Origin: Bispira polyomma
Lineage: Eukaryota
Direction: 5' to 3'
DNA length: 64,000 nucleotides
Assembly (NCBI GenBank): GCA_965649765.1
Contig: OZ287752.1
Span: forward strand, 42,036,001-42,100,000
The notes under the pieces are model-generated. The model had not been told where the DNA came from and ran no database searches. It saw nothing but the letters and a program-made list of their open reading frames with translations. Shown here one piece after another: positions 11,739-23,679 of the stretch; position 1 is the first letter of the stretch, and the number at the start of each line of letters is the position of its first letter. A program made the position numbers and the translations under genes.

Positions 11739-12000
11739 CCCACCCTCTTCCCCTTCTACTTCCCTTATAGTTTCAGCTAGGTCGCCGTCCGGGAGCATGT
11801 TTTCAGCGAGAGGGGCCCATGAAGTCTCACTTCACACCATGGCACAGGGGGGTGAGGGGTTGTGGTGGTGGGCCTTGAATCATGCATTACTGCTGGTTTT
11901 CACCATCGCTCCCCCTTGGGGGCCTTGATGGGTCCCTCCTGCTTGTCTCCATTACTTTACTGGATAACTCCAGGGTTCCTATGGGACCACTCTTTCATTC
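11737..12000 (+). ncRNA. Candidate structured RNA in the Ngaro A2-B2 spacer
   Basis: GC-rich. Motif order and stems are shared, with compensatory changes, with 20391-20670 in a second Ngaro family. Confidence 0.5.
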
Positions 12001-12514
12001 TAGCTGTCGCTGTGAGGGATGCGTCCCCTATTGTCATCAACTATTGTACTTTACTTTAATGTTGTTAATCATTGTATGTCAATTACCATGTTGTAAAATT
12101 ATTTGTCTAGGTGACGTAAACTGACCTAATATGGCTAAATTATTGTATGTCAACTATCGTATTTCAAATACTGTATGTGTATGGTGTTATAATATACAAT
12201 GTAAATATCATAATGTGAAACTAACTCTGAGTCTGTAGTTTCAGACCCAGCTGGGTCCAAGACAAGCCCCTACTGAGAGACATGGACTCTTGATACAAAA
12301 GCCATGGCTACAGATCACATGAATCAACTCGATTTAAATTTTACTTGATGTCTGTATGCATGTATTTCGACAACTGTGGTGCATGTAAAAGGGTCTAAGG
12401 TTGAGTGAGATAGTCTTCCAGATGCTCCATGAACTCTATGACACTGCATCTTAGGTATTTAGGTTCTTAGCTAGACACCATGGTTTTAACGTTTTTATCA
12501 TTTTATTGCTCTTT

Positions 12515-13090
12515 TTGGGGTATTTCATTTACATATATCTTACACTAAATACTATATCATATACAGTATCTCTAAAATATATATATATATATATACATAT
12601 ACTTAGGGCCACCCTAGCTTCATTCTTTATTAAATTTTATTTACATTTTAAACTTTTCCTTCGGTTACCTTATAAAAAGTTAAGGTTATCAAAATCTAAA
12701 ATTTTTCTCTTGGGTAACCTTAAACCAAAAGTTAAGGTGACCTCATCCATCACTTTATGGTGGCCTTACTCAGATTAAGGCTACCTCAATTAATTTATGG
12801 TAGCCTTGCCAAAAACTTAGTTAAGGCTGACCTTATATTTATTTCAACTTAAGGTAGCCTTAGTCAAACTTAAATCTGGCTACCCTAACCATAAACTTAA
12901 TTAATGGTAGCCTTAAATTGCAAAGCAATTCAAGGCTCTCTTTTTCTAAATTTTATCAAGCTCGGGTGGCCCCCATCTAGTTAGTGAATAAGTGTAGTCT
13001 TTTAACATAGAAATAAAATTAATATCCCAAACATGCTCGTTCATATTTTGTGTTTACCATAATGCTAAGGTCACACTGAAGGGCAATGTG
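12515..13090 (+). repeat. Split direct repeat B2 (element right end)
   Basis: Copy of 10971-11539. Confidence 0.95.
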
Positions 13091-13619
13091 TGCTAAACGT
13101 GTGATGTACGTGGCTCAGTAACATTTATCACAGTTAGTGCAAATGGGTAATAACCTTGCGGTAGAGGGTCATAATCTTGACACCATAACTCGCATTCCAT
13201 AGACTTAGAAGTCATAAAGTGGGCTTATATGGAATGGGAAAGCTTAGAACTATCAACAGCATTCAATTATGAAGGTAGCATTCTGGAAAGGTCAATTTCA
13301 GTCTGGTAATTTTGACAGAAAATGGGGTGTCACCTCTTTTCATTGACAGATTACCAGGTTTTTTTTACAGTGATAAGAGACACTATCTTTGTCTCAAAGT
13401 GGTCATTCTCAAGCACTTTTGGCCAATCATTTTTAAGATTGATATTTTTTTTTTATTTTTGTAAAATTTTGGAATCAAAAAGTTTCTGCTTATATGTTAA
13501 TTTGTTTCAAAGAGAGACATTTTACATGAAAAACATCTTACTGTTAGCCACTTTTTAGCCACTTTTCAAGAAGAACTCACAATGCTGCCAGTGACATCAA
13601 CACACAGACAACCGTTTCG

Positions 13620-13780
13620 AACATGACTAAAGACAAATTAGTGGCAGTCAACCATCTAGATTGATCTGATGCTTTTGACACGATTAATTTGAATATGTTA
13701 TTCAATCATTTGTAAATCTGACAAAGTATGTATATGTAATATTTATCCAATATAAAACAGTCTGATGGAATTGGATTTGT
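13620..13780 (+). mobile_element. Highly decayed LINE RT fragment
   Basis: Reads HLD*SDAFDTINLNML, resembling the LDLSAAFDTIDH motif. Confidence 0.45.
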
Positions 13781-13867
13781 GCTAGTATCTGTCAATACAC
13801 TTCAGCTTAGTTCTTATCCCTTTTCTATTCAGTCACTCCTTTCCTCCATGAAGTTAGTACCATGTTA

Positions 13868-14524
13868 AAGTTCGAGATCTCATCTCCTTAGGGAGTATAT
13901 ACAAGAAATTAGGAACGAGATCTCGTCTCTAGATTTGACAAATGATAACGAGAAGTGTGGACTTCTACACATTTTATTAGTTTCTAGATTAGTGGTGGGG
14001 TGATGCCTTAGCAGCACCACTCTCAGTTCTGGTACCAGTCTAATGTGGTTAAAATAAAACCACTAGGGTCATGGGTGCAAGTATATAAGGCATTGGCGCC
14101 TGTATCAGCGCCATTATTAAAACTTTTGTTAAGAGGATAGAGTATTTTTACAATTTTTGCCCCTGCAAGAGGTCAATGCATATGTTAAAACACTAAAACA
14201 TTGGGTCCAGGACTCTATAAAACAAATTATACAACTTTTGTATCTCACGCTGGGGAGATCCTTATATAGTTGCTGCCTCACCGTGATTGGCTAAGCAGTG
14301 AAAAACGGAATAGTTCATTTTAAGGATCAGTCCACTTGTCACTAAAATAAAACTCATGGACAGAATTATACGCACAGTCACGCCTTTCCTCTGTGAACTT
14401 AATGTCAAGTACGAGATCTCATCTCTTTGCGTAGTAAATACAAGGAATTTGGAACAAGATCTCTTCTCGACAAATAATACAGAGAAGTGTGGGCTTCTAC
14501 ACATTTGATTAGTTTCTACATTGG
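13868..14524 (+). repeat. Two ~120-bp direct repeats (13868-13994, 14408-14524) around a ~410-bp core
   Basis: Both share cgagatctcatctc...tacaag..aa...gaac.agatctc...gagaagtgtgg.cttctacacattt.attagtttcta. Confidence 0.75.
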
Positions 14525-15689
14525 TTAGATGGACCAATTTTTACCCCCAAAGCCATATTGTATTGGGAAATCTATGCCCTATTGCATCAGATATTTAATC
14601 AGTTTATGACACTTCTAGATTTATTTATAAGTATTCAGAGCAGAATGCAATTCAATGTTGTCCCTATTACTTACACAGTTTCTTTAAGTTCCAGCATTTA
14701 ACACACATGTTTTCAGAAATTACAAAAGTAATCCAATAGTCCTTCTGTTATGACTACTCGTTAATCAATTGTATACCACAATACCTCTAAACAAGGAAAA
14801 CACAAACACACATCTGCACAGTATTGTGTTTCCTACCTGAACTCTGTTTATATTTTACAAAACCAGGATATGATTTTTTATCCATGCATTGACTTACGAC
14901 TTATGTTTATTCTTATCTTTTAGGACACTGGCTTCCTCAAATAAAACATTTGCAGAGATTAAGATTAGATTTAAACAACCTAAAATAAGAAAAAAGGACA
15001 TCATACTTCAACATCAATGTACAAAATATTAGGTGACAATTTCATGTGGCGAAATGTTTAATGTATATTTCATTTTAACTTGACTTTACAGAAACACTGA
15101 GACTAGACATAATTTAAACTGTACCAATAAATTCAAGTCCATGAAGTTTATATTTGGGGTCTAAATGGTTTTACAAATTTAATATATTGTTAAAGTTGGT
15201 ACCCTGGCATATACATCACATAAGACTATCATTACCTTTTTCTGATAAGTCAGGGCAAACTACTTTCTGTTTTGACAGAACCATGTCCCAGCTTTACCGG
15301 AATGTCATAAAAGAGAGAAACAAGGGATTTAAGACTGAGTTGATTAAAGTCTCAGATTAGAAGTGATAGAATCACTAGATTACAGGCACAAAACATCCGA
15401 GGAGTAACATTCAGTACCCACAATTATCCATAATGGTGCAATTTATTAATTTTAGTTTTTGTTAACTTAAGATGTATACGAGTTGTTAACTTATATTAGC
15501 TGTGGATTTTACAGTGTATAAACCCTCAGACTTTAGTCGTTTCAACTATTTTTATATAGAGTGATATTTCCTTGACCTCCTCAACTATTTGACTTAAAAG
15601 TACCATTTCTGTGGGTGGTTTAGGCTTGATTGTGTTTATTCAGTAGTAAATGTCCCAGCTTCTTTATCACAACTGGTTTTACACTGATA

Positions 15690-15870
15690 CCTAGGACTTT
15701 AGACGTATTTGCTTCATAATTACTGTTCCGTCACTAACGTGAGTTTAAATCCTGTTTGTTCCCTCATGTGGGAAAGTTACTTAAGTAGACTGGTAGCTAT
15801 AGTTTATCCATACTGGTTACCTCCATCATTAAATGTCACCACTTAAGCTGTCGAAAACCATGTAAACCCC
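15690..15870 (+). mobile_element. Decayed tRNA-derived SINE
   Basis: gagtttaaatcc (B box) ... catgtgggaaagtt ... cctccatca ... tgtaaacccc, like the SINEs at 37830, 55454, 55785 and 62020. Confidence 0.55.
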
Positions 15871-16719
15871 AAGTAAGTTTAAAATTCAAATCGCTGTTAC
15901 CACATTAGCAGCAAAGTACACAAAGAAAATAATTCCAACAATTCCAAAGACAGCAACCATTACATCTTATTTTAAATGAGTAAATTATTTGTTCCATGTG
16001 TAATGTTAACTATGTAATGACTGATTTTGCATATTCTTATTTTAATCCTGTCATGTAACCATTTTAGAAGTATGAACAGAAAATAACAGGCATCATCATG
16101 TATATTTCACCTACCAACAGATAATAACTCTATTATTTGCACAGGACAAAATTTTAACATTAACAAATATTGAATAACTGTAGGCTTGCATTAAAGTCTG
16201 CACAGTCTACAGAATCTGTTTGAAAACATATATCAATTTTCCAATTATGTGAACTTTTTTACCACAATGACTTTTGTACACTTATGTCTAAACTTATATA
16301 ATAGCACTGTTCATGACTAATACAGTAAATCAGGTGTTGACTAAAAAAAACTGCTTTGCCTTTTAATCAATTAACCATAAATCCCTTTATGGTTTTAATG
16401 TGGGCTGATTAATTCAGTTTGAAATTGTGTTTTGATGATCACTTAAAAGAGTAATAGCCCCAGGGGGCAGGATAATCATCTGTCTGAGCATTGATTAATT
16501 GTCTCCATAAAATATCTGGAGTTAAATTATATAAAGAGTCTTTGACCCCTGCCTCAATGTCTTACATATTGTTATCATTATTCATTTTTAACACGCTTTA
16601 TTGATGCTAGGCATCTTCTAAAGCGCAACAGCAGAATCATACATATTTCGCAACAGTACCCTAAACTAGGCTTTACAAAACCATAATTAGGATACTTACA
16701 GTAGAATCTCATCACAAGA

Positions 16720-17715
16720 ATTAATTTTTTTCCTAAACTTTGACAAACACTTTTCTCTAAATTGTCCCAGCACATCTGGCGGTACAAGGGCTACTTCTAA
16801 AAGATTACCATTCTATGTCAGACTGTAACGCAAATATAAAAGAGTATTAAACAAAACTAAGGCAAACTTAGCTAAAAATATTTAACAAAAAAAAACCTCT
16901 AGTCACAACATTATGTGGAATACGATAAAATTCTATAAATAAGGAGAGAGTTACGAGTCATTATTCTGCAATTTTTCACTACCTGTATATTCCTTTTCTT
17001 TCTCTTTTTTTTTTGGCTCTCTTTTCATCAGTGGCATTTTCTGTAAGTACTGTTCTCAAATGGCTTTGTCTCTGTTTCATTTCAGAGTTGGCTCTTAGCT
17101 AATATAATTTTCGCTGAAATAATTGTCTGATCATTCTTGAACTGGAAGCTGTCTTCCCAAATCTCCTTGGACAGCATAACTGTTGCTACTACCGCCCCAC
17201 CTTCAAGTCACCATGTGACCAAAAGCAATTAACATGTAGAAGACACTCATGTGGGAGTAATTACTACTAGTCTGGATCCAGGACAGTCGTACTGAGCTCT
17301 TTATGGAATTTTTGGTTTTGTGGTTTGATTATCCTGGGTGTCCCATGTGTATACTAAATAAATACCATTCTAATCTTGTTCTATTGACTTTGCATGTGGT
17401 AGAATGACATAATAGTCTTTGGTTCTATTAACTTGTTTTTTTGGGAAAGACAGAAACTGTATAGTCTTGGATTCTGTGCTAGACACTTGATGTACGTGAC
17501 TTAGTAACATTTAGCAGGGTTAATGCAAAATGGTAATAACCTTCTGACAGAGAGTCATAATCTTGCCACCATAACTCGCATTTTACGGACTTAGAAGTCA
17601 TAAAGTGGGCTTGTATGGATAAGAAACCTCAGAGCTATCAACAGCATTTAATTACAAAGGTAACATTCTGAATAGGTCAATTTTGGTCCTCTAGATTGTC
17701 TGGTAATTTTGACCT
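16720..17715 (+). repeat. Local paralog of the Ngaro flanks (5640-5893 and 13091-13320), carrying the empty insertion site
   Basis: tgtcagactgtaac, gagttac.agtcattatt, gattctgtgcta, tgatgtacgtg, gacttagaagtcataaagtgggctt and gtctggtaattttgac occur in the same order. Confidence 0.85.
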
Positions 17716-19535
17716 TTAAATCAAGCAGCTACTTAAGCTCCAGACATAAACCAATCTTTGCCATATTAGGTTTTTAATGCATCCATAAAAAATCTACACA
17801 GTTTATAATTATTATTGGACCTTTTTGGCACAAGAAGTCAATGTGTGTCACATAGGATAATGCTAAACAATTTTACCATATACTAATGCTTAGCTCTGCA
17901 TAGATTCTAGTATTCTAGATTCGAGTTCTAGTATTTATTAATTTTATTGTAATATCTTTACATTATTTGGTTATTTTTTCCCAATCGAAATAAAGCTCTA
18001 TCTGGAATATGCTTTGTTTGATTTGTATTTACAGATTCCCAAGTAAGATATTTTCAAAGTTATTAAATAATATGGTTTAAAAAGTTTATGTAAGGCAATG
18101 ACATGAAATAAGTGCTTGACCATAAGTAGGGCTCCCCATTACCATTATTATTGTTAAATAGTGGCTTCTGCTGGTAAATAATTTACTCTTCCTAATATTG
18201 ATAAGGAGTAACATCTCTGAAACGTTTTTGTCCAGACCACATGGACCTGGAATCGTACAAAAATGACCCACATTTTAAATCAAGTGAGTTATCTAATTAA
18301 CCATTTAACAATGAGAGTCCTCTATTGCTGAGTGCTGTCCCTATTGACAAGATAGTGAAGCTTGTGGGCATTGGATATTTGGCAAAATTTTGTCAGTCCT
18401 TTTATAACTTTTAAAAGTGGATTCTTTATATATAGCAACTGTTTTTCTAAAGCCAATCATGCTCTTCTTACTGCTTTTGTTAAAATTCCTTGTTAAATTT
18501 AAAAACATTTTTTGTACTTTTGAAGACGAAAATGGTTCACTGCCACCAAAGAACACTAGAACTGTACATGAGGTAACCACTGATAACTATGGGTACTGTT
18601 TACTATTATATCACTAAAACTTTATTTCCACTTGTTCCTTTGTGATATTTGCACATTGTTTTTTCAAACTAGCTTGGTGTGTTTCTTCAAGTACTTAGAA
18701 CAATGATTAACTTTAATGCATGCCATGCATTGCAATGAGTATTCCAGTAAAATCTTTTTAAGATATACTAAAACGGAATAAACAACATTAACTCAGAAAG
18801 CCATGTATGTCATGAAGACACTAGTTATTCTGTAATATTTTGTAAATGGCAGGGGAATTCGAAGGAATTGGCTTTCATAAGAACCGCAATCCACCCCGTA
18901 ATAATCATGCTGGTACACCAGAACTAAAAAAGTCTCTACAAACACCATAATTATGACGCTACTAGAGGAATCCTATTACAATAAACTATTGTTAGCAACA
19001 GTGTGAGTTTTCGGCAAATAAAAAACAAGCATTTGTTTTAAAAAAATTTTTTAGCTAACAGCATTACTCTCAGCAGTATCTTTAAATTTACAAATGTTAA
19101 AGACATAAATGAAAACAAGAAAAATCAAGATATGCCAGAAGATCCATACATCCCAATTAAGGAAAGCTGTACTAACTCATTTAGTCTAATCGAGGGCAGT
19201 TTTCTTGAAAAAAAAAACAGTAAATGGTAAACAGTACATCTCCATTAGACTTCCAACATTTCCGTTATAAATCATATTCATTGGCAATAGATGAGAACGA
19301 CTCAAATGTGTAACTGTTCACAAAACAAGCTTATTAATTTACATTTTATGGGTTATCTTTGAGAAATTAAAAGTTCACAATTTTGTTATATGCGGTCTGT
19401 ATCTGTATTCTATGTAAATATATTTATTATATGGCTGTCATATCTTTATACAGTTTGGCACTTGAACTGGGTTGTGTTTTAATTCTATTAAAATATTACG
19501 TCATATTTTGCTGCCACATGAGTATGAGCTATCTT

Positions 19536-21636
19536 AAGTAATGTAAGGTTAAGGCCAATCTTAAAACATGTAATTTTATAAGGTTACCTTAAATTTAGTA
19601 AACTTATAGTCAACTGTTAATTTACGTCAACCTTAATTTAACTTACTGCAACCTTAACCTAAGTCGACTTGAAGTCATCTTAAGTGTACTTAGACTTAGT
19701 TTTCAAAATTTTCAATAAGGTGGCCTCATCTACATTTAATAAAGTTTTAAGTCAATACCAGTATATATATATGTGTAGTGATAGATTAAAAATATTGTGG
19801 TGAAACCGGGGTTTGGCTTTTAGTACGAACCCCAACCGCAGAGCCTCGAAGTGATATAAAAGGTCAAGGGCAGTCTGGAATCGAGGTAGTTATCTTGAGA
19901 AGTTCAAACTAAAAGGAGCGCCATATTGGAAAAGCTTTTGCTGTTGGAAACCAACAGTCGAGGCATTCTACAAATACAAGAGACTACACAGTTAGTTGAC
20001 TGTGTATATAACAGTGATTAGTGCCAGCTCTGTGAAGTGTTAACAGCACAAGCTTCAGGGCTGGAGCAATAACATAACAGCGGCCAGGTTAGTACACAAG
20101 AGTTTACTTTAATATATATAATCCCAACTGCTCGTCTCACTCAAGGTCTTATATCAATCCCCAAGGTCAGGGCACTGTGCTAGGTAGACCCAACGGGGAT
20201 AGTAAGTTCAGTGCTGACCCTATAACCCTTTTAATAAAACCATTCTGGTTACATTGACCTCTAATATTATTGACTGGCAGTTGGCCTATATTCCTCAGAG
20301 ATTCCCGCCAAAACATAATTATCCTCACTTTAAAATTAGAAATTGAAAGGGCAGAACGCCATTTTAAAAAACTTTCATTTCTTTTTTCAGTTCCCACCCT
20401 CATCCCCAACTTCACCTGTTTGGACTCTTTCTTCTCCGGCCCGGGAGCTGTTTAGCAGGAGGAGCTCTGTCAGGTTCACTTTACACTCGCAGCGCAGGGG
20501 GTTGAGGGAACCTGGGGTCGGGTCTTGGACCAGCAAGCAACATAGATGTGCTGCAGGCTTTCATCCTCCGGTTCCTTTGTGCTCCTCTCAGGCCTCCTCC
20601 TGCCTGTCTCCCAAAAACTTTATACTGGGTAACACCAGTCTCTATATTGAGAATCACTTTTTAGGGAATCCAGTCCAGCCAGATGTGGTCTGCCTCCCAT
20701 GTAAAAAATTGCATGTTTATGGCTAATGTTGTTATTAAACTTATATTTTCATATTAATGTTGTCACTTATTGTATATAATATAATGTCAGACGTAAAATG
20801 AGAGAGACCAGGCGTGACATGGTGTTAACAGTCTGTTTGTTAGTTTCAGTTGGAGTTGATCGCAGTGGCATTCTAAGTCAAAAAATGGTGGTCAACACAA
20901 GCAACAATCAAGCACACACAAGCAAGTCAAGCCAAGCAAGCCAAGTCATTGTAACGCCAAGAATTACCACTATCTGTACTGCAAAGATTCTTTGTAAATC
21001 TACAACTGCACATATATATTATAACTATGCAGAGCACTATTTCTAGATGTAATAAGGGCTGTATACCACAGCATGTAAGGCCTAGTGGGCTCAGATGGTG
21101 CTTTGGACTGTAATAGACACTGATATTAATGCACCCCTTTATTTTTACTTAGGTTTTTAGTTTTTAGCTGGTTAGTGTATCTGTATATATATTTTAATCT
21201 TTATTGTGGTCATCGCTTTCTTTTACTTTACATTTAAATCAGTATTTTACAACTTTTCTAATTTATTCAAGGCCACCTTATACTAAAATATATGGTAACC
21301 TTAACTTGAAGTAATGTAAGGCTAAGGCCAATCTTAAAACATGTAATTTTATAAGGTTACCTTAAATTTAGTAAACTTATAGTCAACTGTTAATTTACAT
21401 CAACCTTAATTTAACTTACGGTAACCTTAACCTAAGTCGACTTGAAATCACCTTAAGTGTACTTAGACTTAGTTTTCAAAATTTTCAATAAGGTGGCCTC
21501 ATCTACATTTAATAAAGTTTTAAGTCAATACCAGTATATATATATATATGTGTAGTGATAGATTAAAAATATATATAATCCCAACTGCTCGTTTCACTCA
21601 AGGTCATATATCAATCCCCAAGGTCAGGGCACTGTG
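19536..21636 (+). mobile_element. 5'-truncated 3' module (B1-A2-spacer-B2) of a second Ngaro family, non-coding
   Basis: B1 (19536-20179, interrupted by an LTR) matches 21309-21636. Junction gggcactgtg|ctaggtagaccc resembles gggcaatgtg|cagggtagcccc. The spacer is homologous to 11737-12514. Flanked by tgagctatctt direct repeats. Confidence 0.85.
19796..20111 (+). mobile_element. Solo LTR (Gypsy-like), 316 bp, inserted in B1
   Basis: Starts TG, ends gtttacttta (imperfect IR of tgtggtgaaac). 4-bp ATAT TSD, defined by the uninterrupted B2 copy. Internal tataaaagg. Confidence 0.7.
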
Positions 21637-22470
21637 AGCTATCTTCCTAAAACACATTCATTAAATAGTTTGTATTTCATTGTATTTTTAACATTAAGTT
21701 TTAAAGTTTCCCCACTGAATTCCTTTCTACTATGTTTAATTTTCACTCACAATTACGCCTCCTTAATTTTATACTAGAATCTGAATTGATTGAGATAACC
21801 AGGTTTTTCATATTGGTAAGTAAGTATTGGGAAATATTGTATGCAAACATGCAAATTGAGTGACAGAGCTTTATCTTTTTTTTTTTTTTTTTATTGGAAA
21901 TAAGATTTACACTATTTGATTTTAAATAAAGATCAGAATAGGGACAGAATTTATAAAAAGGTGTTGTCAAAATGTTTTGTCAAGACAATGGCCACTAAGA
22001 CTGGTTTGTGCGAGTTTCTACAAAAAAAACAACAAAATTATCAGTAATATAAGGTATTTTCTTACTTTTCCTTTAACTAAAATTAATATGTCATCTGTTT
22101 TTGTCACAAGATCAGTCCAAAAATGTTAGATTTTAGAATATTTTGTCCTATGAATATCCGCTCAACCTTTCAAACAGCAATTTGGTCAAATGGTAATGCT
22201 ATAATATATGGAAGCAGTATCAGGTAATCTATAAAATAGATAACTGTTTAAGATCAAATGTGTTAGTATCGGGAATATTTTAACAAGTCAAATTATCTGA
22301 TGAAAACCACCCTCACCCATTCCCACTTCTACCACCTTCAAAACTGTGCATTATAGCTTAATCATCCCATAAATTACACGTGACCTGTTTAATGTACATA
22401 CATACTGTATATGTAAGTACTGAATTATCTATCAGTTCAATAAACGTTTCATATTATGTAGAAGTTCCTT

Positions 22471-23679
22471 ATCTCCTGGTCACACCTACACGTTCTAGAG
22501 CTACATTTGTGTCATGTTGTGTGAATTTAGGAAACATTTTGAAACGTAGTAGAAGACCCCTTCTATGATAGTCTTGTTACGTTGTGCGATGGATGATATC
22601 GTTCCGTCTCCGTTTCCTCTTTTGCGTGTAGTGTTTCAAACTGTTTGAAACACTACAGTCACAACTCCCGTCCCCAAACAGTAGTAGCATAGACGTATCA
22701 GTAAGTAACTATATGTAGTAGTAGGTAGTGAGGAAGTCCCAGTAAGTAGTGAGATCTCCGTTAGTTAAGAAAGTTTCACTTAGTGGCAGAAGGCAGCAGA
22801 ACACAGCCGTAAGTAGCAGTACATTAGCTTTACGTAGTAGTAGGTAATGATATCCTACCAGTCATGGGTCCGTTTTTTGCCGCTCTTCTTGTGTACAAGT
22901 ACCAACATCGTCACCAAACGTCACAAAATGTCACAATCGACTACCCCTTTATGGAAATCGTCACTTTGATACAATACTACCACGTTTTCAGTGTATATTG
23001 CTAATGGCCTGGTCACACCTACATGTGTTAATGTTCCTCAACGTACCCAATCAATATACACTGAAAACGTGGTAGTTTTGTGTCAAAGTTACATCATTTC
23101 CATAAAGGAGTAGTGGATTGTGACGTTTTGTGACGTTTTTTCACGTTTCATGACATTTGGTGATGATGTTGGTACTTAAATACACAGAGTGGGGGAAAAA
23201 AGGGCCGCTTCACTGGTAGGATATCACTACCTACTACTACGTGGAGCTGTACTGCTACTTACTGGTGTGTTCTGCTTTGTTCTGCTACCTGGTAAAAGGA
23301 AAGCAACGAGTGGAGATAATATCACTACTTACTGGGACTTCCCCGCTACTTACTACTACATATAGCTACTTACTGATACGTCTACTTTCGGAAACATTCG
23401 GGGACGAACAGAGAAACAGGGAGAAACGGGAGCTGTGATTGTAGTGTTTCAAAGAGTTTGAAGCAGTACACAAAAAAAACTAAATGGAGACGTTTCTGGA
23501 ATGATATCATCTGTCGCAAAACGTAAAGAAACGATCACAGAAGGGATCCTCACTTCCTACTACATTTTAAAACCTAAATTCACACAACATGACACAAACG
23601 TAGCTCCACAAAGTGTAGGTGTGACCAGGACATTATTTACTTTGGGGGACATTAGCACGTGTAGGTGTGACCAGGCCAT
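22471..23679. mobile_element. Two nested copies of a ~620-bp MITE in opposite orientation (inner copy 23004-23633)
   Basis: TIR cctggtcacacctaca at 22475 and 23008; its complement tgtaggtgtgaccagg ends at 23629 and 23675. 22475-23000 is an inverted copy of 23052-23629. The inner copy is flanked by TA. Confidence 0.8.

Larger units (their letters stand above)
5894..13090 (+). mobile_element. Near-complete Ngaro-type (DIRS order) tyrosine-recombinase retrotransposon with split direct repeats
   Basis: gag, RT (YVDD), RNase H and YR ORFs. No methyltransferase domain after RNase H. Repeat order A1-ORFs-B1-A2-spacer-B2; no TSD. Confidence 0.93.

Noticed and set aside
11915-11960. HDV-like ribozyme (gggggcc...cctcctgc...gtctcc)
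   Set aside because: No GG for P1.1 and no P4/P2 partner follows in either element. No hammerhead CUGAUGA..GAAA core was found in the spacer either.
5894-13090. DIRS1-type or LTR element assignment
   Set aside because: No inverted terminal repeats or ICR, no methyltransferase, no DDE integrase or protease. Split direct repeats plus YR fit Ngaro better (PAT-like is not fully excluded without a phylogeny).
20810-20959. Small hAT-like insertion in the spacer (ggcgtgaca...tgtaacgcc)
   Set aside because: Only a 9-bp imperfect inverted repeat and no TSD.
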